This document shows positions 8,417 to 16,108 of a stretch of 32,000 nucleotides of DNA, piece after piece. The notes beneath the pieces are model-generated. The model saw nothing but the letters and a program-made list of their open reading frames with translations. It ran no database searches and was not told the DNA's origin. This DNA comes from Candidatus Heimdallarchaeota archaeon (GTDB taxonomy: Archaea; Asgardarchaeota; Heimdallarchaeia; Heimdallarchaeales; Heimdallarchaeaceae): contig DAOVER010000005.1 in assembly GCA_030668875.1 (NCBI GenBank), forward strand, positions 72,342 through 104,341. The letters are read 5' to 3'. How positions within the stretch are numbered: the first letter of the stretch is position 1; each line of letters begins with the position of its first letter. The translations under genes and the position numbers were made by a program.

Positions 8417-9189
8417 ACTAATTCCTCCTTTTTATCTGTTTTCTCAGAAAGCAAATCTTCTGCGTTAGCACTCATAGTTTTTGCTGTACCAGGACCAATA
8501 CCAGGTACTTTTGAAAGCTCTTCTGAGGTTGCTTTGGCAATCTTATCAACAGTATCAAAACCATTTTCTTTGAGAAGCATTGCGGTTTTAGCACCTATGC
8601 CCTTAATCATAGATATGTCAAGGTCAGAAACTTTGGTCTCCTCCTTGGGAGCTGCTTCTACAACATCTTTAGGAGCATCAGTTTCGTCAAGATCTTCGAA
8701 TTCTTCAAAAATATCCTCTTCAAGATCTTCATCTTCTTCTTCGACATCAGATTCTTCTAAAGGCTCATCGAATTCATCAAATAGATCTTCAGTTAATTCT
8801 TCTTCAGTAAGTTCTTTTCTAGAACGTCTCTTAATGATCTCCCTTCTCTTTTTATCACGTAAATTCAGAGAAGTAATTATGATGTTGCTTGGATGAACAG
8901 GAAAACTAGAGACTGTACCATCAGCTTTTTCCTTACTATATCCTTCGATATGAACTGAATATTTCTGAGGTAAAACACGGATTACTTTACCTTTAATCTC
9001 TTGGTCTTCAGATTTAGCTCTGAAAACCAGTACTTTGTCATCTTTATGTACAGGAAGACGTCGAATACCATATTTATTTCTCAATTCACGTGAGAGAAGA
9101 GCAGTCATTTGACGATTGCGAAGATGTAAAGGAGCAGTATAATACCTCTTACGTTGTTTACGAGGTTGTTTTGTTTTTGTATATCTCAT
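8413..9189 (-). CDS. rpl24p: 50S ribosomal protein uL24 fused to an acidic linker and a C-terminal tandem helix-hairpin-helix domain
   Basis: aa 1-120 match uL24 (KQPRKQRK...APLH, ELRNKYGIRRLPV, VHPSNIIIT); aa 126-170 are D/E rich; aa 190-247 read ISMIKGIGAKTA...LSKVPGIGPGTA (two HhH motifs). Confidence 0.93.
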   Translation of the reverse strand: MRYTKTKQPRKQRKRYYTAPLHLRNRQMTALLSRELRNKYGIRRLPVHKDDKVLVFRAKSEDQEIKGKVIRVLPQKYSVHIEGYSKEKADGTVSSFPVHPSNIIITSLNLRDKKRREIIKRRSRKELTEEELTEDLFDEFDEPLEESDVEEEDEDLEEDIFEEFEDLDETDAPKDVVEAAPKEETKVSDLDISMIKGIGAKTAMLLKENGFDTVDKIAKATSEELSKVPGIGPGTAKTMSANAEDLLSEKTDKKEELV

Positions 9190-9200
9190 TTATATTTCAC

Positions 9201-9617
9201 CTATACTATTATTGAAGCTTGATGTGCAATCTTTGGCCACTTTTCGGCTGCCTCTTTAGCAATTGGTCCTCGAATTTCGCTTCCGAGAGGATCTCCTACT
9301 TCGTTGGTAAGAACAACAGCATTCTCTTCAAATTGTATCCAATCACCAGATCGTCTACGGTATGGAGAACGTTGTCGAACAACTACTGCTGGAAAAATTT
9401 GTTTTCTCCTTTGTGGAGTGCCTTGTTTAACAGAAACGACAACCATGTCAGAAACAGAGGCTTTTGGTACTCTGTTTAGTCTTCCTCTATAATTCTTTAC
9501 GGCAATTATTTGAACTATTCTAGCACCAGAATTATCTGCGCTACGAAGTCTTGTCCCTACAATTAAGCCCTTTGTAATATGAACTTGTGTTCGTCCTACG
9601 GATTTTCTTTTTGCCAT
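9201..9617 (-). CDS. rpl14: 50S ribosomal protein uL14
   Basis: ADNSGAR, RLNRVPKASVSD, AVVVRQR, FEENAVV, GPIAKEAAEKWPKIA. Confidence 0.97.
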   Translation of the reverse strand: MAKRKSVGRTQVHITKGLIVGTRLRSADNSGARIVQIIAVKNYRGRLNRVPKASVSDMVVVSVKQGTPQRRKQIFPAVVVRQRSPYRRRSGDWIQFEENAVVLTNEVGDPLGSEIRGPIAKEAAEKWPKIAHQASIIV

Positions 9618-9626
9618 GATACCACC

Positions 9627-9959
9627 CTAATTTAGTTTTTGAACCACAACAAAACTTACTGTTTTTGCAAGTGGTCTGCATTCTGCTGCTAAAACCATAT
9701 CGCCTTCTTTGACATTAAGGCAAGGGGGGTTGTGTGCAGAAATCTTTCCGTGAGCACGTTCATATCTACGAAACTTTTTCACATACTTCAAGAAATCTCT
9801 TCTAATTACCACGGTACGTCTCATTTTATCGGAAATAACTTTTCCAGTAAAAATACGACCCCTTGTTGGAAGTTGACCATGAAACGGACATCTTGGGTCA
9901 TCGCACTCAGTAGCGGGAGGTTCGACTCCTTGAATACCTACATTACGTACTTTACTCAT
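9627..9959 (-). CDS. rps17: 30S ribosomal protein uS17
   Basis: CDDPRCPFHG, RGRIFTGKV, KFRRYERAH, HNPPCL, AECRPLAKTVSFVV. ATG 9959 is preferred because of SD GAGGTGA 8 nt upstream (ORF track start is 9995). Confidence 0.96.
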   Translation of the reverse strand: MSKVRNVGIQGVEPPATECDDPRCPFHGQLPTRGRIFTGKVISDKMRRTVVIRRDFLKYVKKFRRYERAHGKISAHNPPCLNVKEGDMVLAAECRPLAKTVSFVVVQKLN

Positions 9960-10123
9960 TTGTTCTTTCACCTCGGTAATGCGTCTTGCACCCATGTTTC
10001 CCCATCGTTTAGAAAGGATAGAGGAACAATCTTGGCTCCTTAATCAAGGAGTAAGACGTCAATCACCTATAACTGATTCACAGTTATTTTTGTGATATTA
10101 GCAATCCTTTCCCCGTTATAATC

Positions 10124-10137
10124 TTTTTAATACTTTT
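10124..10137 (-). promoter_or_regulatory. BRE/TATA-like promoter of the uS17-uL6 segment
   Basis: The minus strand reads AAAAGTATTAAAAA, identical to 4410-4423. Confidence 0.6.
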
Positions 10138-10213
10138 CATTGTTAAGAGAAAAATATCGCAAGCGAGAAAAAGGGAAATTGTGGAAATGAAGTATCCTAA
10201 AGTATTGGTTAGG

Positions 10214-10948
10214 TTAACCAAAAAAGGTAACCATACCCGCTTGAATAAGGAGAAATGTAACTAGATAAAGCAGTGCAAGGAAACAAATGTAACCGATAAT
10301 AACAAGAGGATATCGAACCCAATATCTTATTTTTTTATAATCTTCAACTTTCCTATGGGTACTAAACAACTTTGGAAAAAACATTCCGGTATTTAGACGA
10401 TATTCAACATAATCATCACCAAGTTTCTTTATTAGTTTCCATTCTTCATAGTCTGACCAAAAAAATAAGATAATACTAAAAACAGACCAAGAGAGTATGT
10501 CGCCAAACCTGATGCCAAGATCAGTTGACCAAGGAACAAAGAGCGAAAGAGACAAGGAAATGAGAATTAGACCGAGATGTTGGGGGTGACGGATTAATCG
10601 ATAAGGTCCTTTTTTAACAAGACTCTCTTTTTTAAGGATAGAATTTGCTAAAGAAACAATACCATAAACAATGAGAACAAGACCAATTAGAAAAAGTAAG
10701 AATTCAAAAACGATTAACACGATGACCCCAGGAGTGTATTCAGTACCCTGTAAAACAATCCATGACCAACCCCAGTTTTCGGTATTAAAGAAGAAAACGA
10801 CTTTCCAAGAAAGTAGAGCAAATGGATAAAGAAAGAACATAGGAGCAAGTATAATGATGATGGTACGAAAATAGGACCAAACTATTGTTAACATATACAA
10901 AAATCTAGTTATGATATCACTGACTTGCTTCTTAATTGGTTCTGCCAT
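10214..10948 (-). CDS. Isoprenylcysteine carboxyl methyltransferase (ICMT/PEMT)-family membrane protein
   Basis: Multi-TM protein with LVKKGPYRLIRHPQHLG and EEWKLIKKLGDDYVEYRLNTGMFFP, matching the family's GPYxxxRHP and EE...YxxYxxx-P motifs. Start is ATG 10948 or the track start 10969. Confidence 0.8.
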   Translation of the reverse strand: MAEPIKKQVSDIITRFLYMLTIVWSYFRTIIIILAPMFFLYPFALLSWKVVFFFNTENWGWSWIVLQGTEYTPGVIVLIVFEFLLFLIGLVLIVYGIVSLANSILKKESLVKKGPYRLIRHPQHLGLILISLSLSLFVPWSTDLGIRFGDILSWSVFSIILFFWSDYEEWKLIKKLGDDYVEYRLNTGMFFPKLFSTHRKVEDYKKIRYWVRYPLVIIGYICFLALLYLVTFLLIQAGMVTFFG

Positions 10949-11081
10949 GATGTGATTCAATGATATCACATATTTATATTATTTTATAATAACTATAGTA
11001 TCTATAAAGTGGCGTAAATAACACCTTGTATGATAGCTGCAATATACAGATGAGGAGAGTGCCTGAAAAGAGAAGCGTAAG

Positions 11082-11097
11082 AAAAAACTTTTAAAAT
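11082..11097 (+). promoter_or_regulatory. BRE/TATA-like promoter of tRNA-Ile
   Basis: aaaaaacttttaaaa lies about 30 nt upstream of the tRNA 5' end. Confidence 0.5.
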
Positions 11098-11125
11098 AAA
11101 GATGCAACGGAACAAATGCTAATAA

Positions 11126-11234
11126 GGGCCATTAGCTCAGTTTGGTTAGAGCGTTCGGCTGATAGTTTAACCGCTAGAGAGCGTGTAATTTCGAAACCGA
11201 AAGGTCCGTGGTTCGAATCCGCGATGGCCCACCA
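11126..11234 (+). tRNA. tRNA-Ile(GAU) with a 31-nt intron (11165-11195) at position 37/38; CCA encoded
   Basis: Acceptor GGGCCAT/ATGGCCC, D-stem GCTC/GAGC, anticodon stem TTCGG/CCGAA, loop CT-GAT-A|A after intron removal, T-arm CGTGG-TTCGAAT-CCGCG, 3' ACCA. Confidence 0.95.
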
Positions 11235-11352
11235 TTCTTCTACTTTTAAGATTTATCACCACGAGATAGGATATTCAAACTGCTAGCGCGCAGAAGATTT
11301 TTATTCCCAAGAGGCATATTATCTATGAATAGATTATTAGTGAGGGAAATTA

Positions 11353-11916
11353 ATGAAAAAACCACTTTCCTTTGAAGAATTTGAAAAAACCAAAAGTAAA
11401 GATATGGCCAACGAATACAATAGATATAGTTGGGTTATCAATAAAGAAGAGGAATATTCTATCAGAGAGATATCAACTCACACAATAACTATGAATCTTT
11501 ATCATCAAGCTTCTTTGTGCTATATCGAAGGCCTATATCTATCATGTATTTTATCTATAGGGGCAACCATTGACCAATTTATTAGGCAATTAGTTGACCC
11601 GACATACAAACAAAGAAACTGGATAGAAAAAAGTAATCTAGATAATGCTGTAGAACAGAAATTTATTGCTCAAGAGCATGAAAAGGAAATTCATGAATTT
11701 AAATACTCTATAAGAGATCCTGTTGCACATCCTAAAGTTCCTGTATTTGGAATGCTAGGTTTACCTTATGACAAGAAAAAAGGTTACTGGGGAGGTGAAC
11801 ATGTTAAACCAGTTTTAACAGGACCTAAACCAAGTGCCGAAAGAGGACTTGAGCTATTTTGGAAAGTAGTAAATTATTATTTTTACATATACAAAAAAGG
11901 AGCACCATCACAATAG
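11353..11916 (+). CDS. Hypothetical protein, HEPN (DUF4145-like) fold candidate
   Basis: The helical pattern ASLCYIEGLYLSCILSIGATIDQFIR resembles the HEPN N-terminal helices; Rx4H motif R121-DPVA-H126. Confidence 0.6.
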   Translation: MKKPLSFEEFEKTKSKDMANEYNRYSWVINKEEEYSIREISTHTITMNLYHQASLCYIEGLYLSCILSIGATIDQFIRQLVDPTYKQRNWIEKSNLDNAVEQKFIAQEHEKEIHEFKYSIRDPVAHPKVPVFGMLGLPYDKKKGYWGGEHVKPVLTGPKPSAERGLELFWKVVNYYFYIYKKGAPSQ

Positions 11917-11966
11917 TATATGTAAAATATCTAGAACTAGGAAAATAATTTGATTGAGAGAATATA

Positions 11967-12644
11967 ATGGAAATAAGCAAAGTAATAGAAGAAATTAATA
12001 CCCTTTTGACAGTGTTATGCAAATATAACAAAGAAACAGATAAAGAACTTGCAAAAATTCAGTTCCCAAAAGGAGTTATCACATCTGTATACCAATATAA
12101 AATAGGAATGCCTTTCATAACAGATGAAGTTCTTCAAAGAAATTTAGCGTATCATTGTATGTTAGATGATGTTTTTACTTGGTTACTAAGACATTTTGCA
12201 TTTTATGCTGTAGTTAAGGAAATGGTAATTAAAATAGCAATTGCAAATATAGGAAATATGATGGAAGCAATTACTCAACATATAGTAAAACAATTTCAAA
12301 GTGATAAACCAGTGGTTTTGTTTTCAAATATAATAGCGATACTATCAAAACGAATCAACTGTTTAAGGAAAAGGAAAAAGGATAGGATAGGCACTCGTAA
12401 AGGACTCAGCAAACTAGTTAGTAATAAAATAATTACTAACAATTTAAAGAAGGAAGTTATGGGGGTATGGGGGGTAAGATGTAAACAGCATCTTGAATCT
12501 CTTAAGAAGAGAGAATTCAATATATACAATACAGATGATTATCGTGAAGCTATTAAAATATGGATAAATTTTAACAAACAGCTTTTTGAATCATGTGAAA
12601 AGGATTTGATAAAAGGCTCAGAAAATATTCTTCGAGGTTTTTAA
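11967..12644 (+). CDS. Hypothetical protein, HEPN-like candidate
   Basis: Long, AT-rich, predicted helical ORF; IGNMMEAIT helix and late R171-CKQ-H175 (Rx3H, one residue shorter than the canonical Rx4-6H). Confidence 0.5.
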   Translation: MEISKVIEEINTLLTVLCKYNKETDKELAKIQFPKGVITSVYQYKIGMPFITDEVLQRNLAYHCMLDDVFTWLLRHFAFYAVVKEMVIKIAIANIGNMMEAITQHIVKQFQSDKPVVLFSNIIAILSKRINCLRKRKKDRIGTRKGLSKLVSNKIITNNLKKEVMGVWGVRCKQHLESLKKREFNIYNTDDYREAIKIWINFNKQLFESCEKDLIKGSENILRGF

Positions 12645-12729
12645 GTCCTTTATAAAATAGTTTTTCCATCTCTATTTATGTTACTTACATCTTAGTGTAA
12701 GATAGAGCAAATAAGATACAAATAATCTA

Positions 12730-12951
12730 TTACTTGCTAGAGCTATTCTTTGATTTGTATGTGTATCTTTTTTTATTATCAATCATTTTGATTAATCGAT
12801 GAGTACCATCTATTTCTTTTACACTAGCTCTAGGTTTTTCCGTCATTAAATCCTCAAGATTCAATATTGCCATTCCCTTATCTTGTTTTGAAGCTTGTTT
12901 TGTTGCTATCTTTGGTATTGAATCTATTGCTCTTTCTATTTCATCTACCAT
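12730..12951 (-). CDS. Small hypothetical protein (73 aa)
   Basis: ATG start with a GTGAG SD-like site; fills an otherwise empty gap; no recognisable motif. Confidence 0.45.
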   Translation of the reverse strand: MVDEIERAIDSIPKIATKQASKQDKGMAILNLEDLMTEKPRASVKEIDGTHRLIKMIDNKKRYTYKSKNSSSK

Positions 12952-13078
12952 ATTCTCACAAACCCAATCTATACTAGTAGAACTTGTTTCTCTTTTGATT
13001 CATTGTATTACTTGGATATTCAATTTGAGATGCAGCAAGGGACAAAAATTTATTATAATTGTCTTTCCCTTTTTACTC

Positions 13079-13516
13079 ATGCCTCCTTCCAATGATTCTG
13101 AAGAACAAGTTAAAATTGGTGCAGATTTGTTATTGAAGGGTTGGGTGATGCTCAATCGCGCATGTCCTACCTGTTATTTACCACTTTACAAAAAACAAGA
13201 TAGAGTAGTTTGTGTGAAATGTAAGCAAGATTATGTTTTAGTTGATTCACCCTCGGAAATACCACAACAACAGAGAAATAATGCTCAACAGAAAGTGATC
13301 TCAGCTCCATATAGTAATTCTTCACCCCAATCCAATCTATCTTCACTTGACTTTTCGTCACTCCCTCCAGCATTGGTTGATACAGCTAAAATCTTACTTG
13401 AGAAAATAGAAATGCTCAATGTCCAATTAAAGGAAACAACTGATCCTAAAGAAATCACGGATATTTCTAACTCTATTCGTTCTCTTGTTGATTCTATTCG
13501 TTCTCTGACTTCTTAG
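13079..13516 (+). CDS. UPF0148 / Sjogren's syndrome-scleroderma autoantigen 1 (Auto_anti-p27) zinc-ribbon protein
   Basis: KIGADLLLKGWVMLNRACPTCYLPLY...CVKC matches the family's L(L)xGxxML...CxxC..PL...CxxC pattern. ATG 13079 is preferred over the track start 12995. Confidence 0.85.
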   Translation: MPPSNDSEEQVKIGADLLLKGWVMLNRACPTCYLPLYKKQDRVVCVKCKQDYVLVDSPSEIPQQQRNNAQQKVISAPYSNSSPQSNLSSLDFSSLPPALVDTAKILLEKIEMLNVQLKETTDPKEITDISNSIRSLVDSIRSLTS

Positions 13517-15962
13517 AATCTTGTTGAGGTTCAGGCCTTAGACTATCCAACTCCTCTTTTATTCCACTTAATTCTTTCTCTGCAGTTAGTTCATTATAAT
13601 CAGCATAGATAAAATCGATAATGTCAGAAGCAATTTTTTCTCCTACTCCTCTTATCTCAAAGAAATCTTCTCTGTTTGCAGTTACAATTCCTCTGAACGA
13701 CCCAAAGTGTTTCAGTAATCGTCGAGAGATTTTATGCTCAATGTGAGGTAGTGCAGAAACTGCTTCTTCTAGTTGGATTTGTAATCCCAAGCCCTTTCTT
13801 TTACCGATAGATAATCTTCTTTTTCTTTCAACTTGTTCTCTTTTTGCAAAAGCATATAGCATTTCAGCTGTTTCTCTTTGATTCTTCGTATGGATTATAG
13901 GAATTCGAAAATCAGTAATCAAAGAGGTTAGTGCTCCAGATAAAGCATGAGGATGCAAGGTTGAACCATGAAGATTAAACTCTCCTTCAATTAATATAAC
14001 TGGTTTAGCACAATTTTCTACAAGGATTTTTGTTTGAGAGAATAAACGTTTATCCATAATAGATTTAACAAAATCATCTTGTGTCTTTCGCTCTACTATA
14101 ACTTGGTCTGAACAGATATAATCGCCAATTTCTAATCTTTCGAAACCAAGGACAACATCTTTTCTCATTAATTCTTTAATAACTGTAGAGTTCCTTTCCC
14201 TACTATCACAAATTATTTTTATTTCCCCTTCATCTGCTAATTCTTTGCTCTCATCAACGTTCTCGTCTTCAATAACTGACAGTGCTTCTACCGCTTCCTC
14301 TTTTTCTTCAATTTCTGTTTTTTTGGATGATTCTGTTTCCGCTTCTTTCAGAAAATCAAGAATGCCTTTTTGTTGCTCCTTTTTCTTCATGGCTTTTACT
14401 GAGGGTGATTTTTCTAATTGTTTCACAATTTTCTTCATTTTCTGAGCCTGTCTCTTCGACGCCCACATATAAGCTACATCCCTAGTTCCTTCAGCTATCA
14501 ACATTATTACCTTGCCCTCCTTTCTTCTACCTGTACGACCTTTTCTCTGAATCAATCGTATAGCACTAGGAACGGCATCATAAAAAATAACAAGCTCACA
14601 TTCACCAATATCTAATCCTTCTTCGGCAACACTTGTTGAAACAAGAACATTGTATGTTCCATCACGGAATTCTTGCATAATTTCGATCTGTTTTTTCTGA
14701 GATAGCCCTTTTTCACCTTTCATTGATGATTGACCCACAAACCAGTGCGCATTTATTCCTTCAATTTTATTTATTTCTTTACTGATTATTTTGGCAGCGA
14801 CTCTGAAATGGGAGAAGATGAGTATTCTATTGTTAGCATTGTTTTCTACTTCTTCTTGGACTATTTCTTTCAATCGCTCTACTTTGGGATGAATTACCTT
14901 TTCCTCTTGTAATATGTGAACAGCTTCAACAACTTTTCTCATTTCATCAGAAAACATCATGTTCTTTAGAGCTCGACTCCCTCTTCCAAACTTAATTTCA
15001 TTAATATGACCTTCTAGATATTTATTAAGGGAAGGAACACCTTGAGTCTCTATTAATTCAATGGCGTGAGATATCCTAATCGAGTTCCCAACAAGAGCCA
15101 TTGCTTTAAAAAAATCTGTTCTATCTTCATCAGGAGAACTAGAAAATTTCTCATTTACTCTTCCCCGTAATTTCAATAATTCTCGTCTAGGATTATTTCT
15201 AGGAACTGCTGAGTTAATAATGCCGAGCTCCTTTAATCCTTCTAAGATAATTTTAAAGAAGTCATTTAGTGTCGAGATTATCACACTAAATGCTTCAGAA
15301 AGAGGGATGATTTCCCAATTTTCTTGAATCTCGTGGATATATTGTTTAACATCATCAGAGCTTTCATCTCTCATTTCCACATTGAAAGCCTTCAAATTTT
15401 CTTGTACCTCTTCAATCCTTTCAATATTAGCTCCTGGACTTGCAGTGATGCCAAGCAGAAGAGGATTTTTTGCCTTCAAGTTATATTGTTCAGCAATGAA
15501 AACGTAACTATGGTCACCAACAGCCTTATGAGCTTCATCTAGGCACATAAAAACGAAATCTTCAAGTTTTACTCTACGTTGGATGATATCGTTTTGAATA
15601 GTTTGAGGTGTACAGATGAATACTTGTCCCTCTTCCCAGATTTGTTTTCTTGTACTGGGATCAGTTTGACCAGAGATTTGTATGATTTTATCTGAATCAA
15701 TATTTAAAGAAGATCTAGTAGTTTGTTCATGTTGTTCAAGTAGTGGTTTAGTTGGAGCGCAAAATACAATTTTTCCCTCGGGAAATTTCTGAATGCGATG
15801 TGCAGCAATCATGATAAAAAGGATTGTTTTACCCAAACCCGTTGGTAAAATAACCAAAGAATTTTCCTTAACGCATGAAGCAAATAATGTCTGCTGGTAC
15901 AATCTCGCTTCAATTTTATCAGGTTTAATCAGAGGATGGTTAATATATTCTGCTTGATCCAT
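13494..15962 (-). CDS. hef: Hef (FANCM/XPF-like) DEAH helicase plus ERCC4 nuclease
   Basis: LPTGLGKT, DEAH, TASPG, STSVAEEGLDI, QRKGRTGR; C-terminal CDSRE, GDYI, VERKT and HhH. ATG 15962 (track start is TTG 15974). Confidence 0.95.
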   Translation of the reverse strand: MDQAEYINHPLIKPDKIEARLYQQTLFASCVKENSLVILPTGLGKTILFIMIAAHRIQKFPEGKIVFCAPTKPLLEQHEQTTRSSLNIDSDKIIQISGQTDPSTRKQIWEEGQVFICTPQTIQNDIIQRRVKLEDFVFMCLDEAHKAVGDHSYVFIAEQYNLKAKNPLLLGITASPGANIERIEEVQENLKAFNVEMRDESSDDVKQYIHEIQENWEIIPLSEAFSVIISTLNDFFKIILEGLKELGIINSAVPRNNPRRELLKLRGRVNEKFSSSPDEDRTDFFKAMALVGNSIRISHAIELIETQGVPSLNKYLEGHINEIKFGRGSRALKNMMFSDEMRKVVEAVHILQEEKVIHPKVERLKEIVQEEVENNANNRILIFSHFRVAAKIISKEINKIEGINAHWFVGQSSMKGEKGLSQKKQIEIMQEFRDGTYNVLVSTSVAEEGLDIGECELVIFYDAVPSAIRLIQRKGRTGRRKEGKVIMLIAEGTRDVAYMWASKRQAQKMKKIVKQLEKSPSVKAMKKKEQQKGILDFLKEAETESSKKTEIEEKEEAVEALSVIEDENVDESKELADEGEIKIICDSRERNSTVIKELMRKDVVLGFERLEIGDYICSDQVIVERKTQDDFVKSIMDKRLFSQTKILVENCAKPVILIEGEFNLHGSTLHPHALSGALTSLITDFRIPIIHTKNQRETAEMLYAFAKREQVERKRRLSIGKRKGLGLQIQLEEAVSALPHIEHKISRRLLKHFGSFRGIVTANREDFFEIRGVGEKIASDIIDFIYADYNELTAEKELSGIKEELDSLRPEPQQDSKKSENE

Positions 15963-16108
15963 TGGAAACCACAATCATGTCATCGTACAATGATGGTTTT
16001 TTTACTATTTAAATTTTAATTGTTCTTTGTAATATATTCTCTTTTCTTAATTATTTTGCACAATTCTTATTAGGGGGGTACATTGAGAAGGATTGTGATT
16101 GCTTAGAA

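Noticed and set aside
11028-11070. Possible C/D box sRNA (atgatag...gatgagga...ctga)
   Set aside because: The boxes are degenerate and the spacing (6 nt before CTGA) is too short for a guide.
12461-12474. G5-TAT-G6 runs in the second HEPN-like gene (phase variation or G-quadruplex)
   Set aside because: Only two short G runs; the frame is intact and they are explained by Met-Gly-Val-Trp-Gly-Val codons.
11235-12994. Integrated element with attL/attR at tRNA-Ile
   Set aside because: No duplicate of the tRNA 3' end and no integrase was seen, so it is not called a mobile element.
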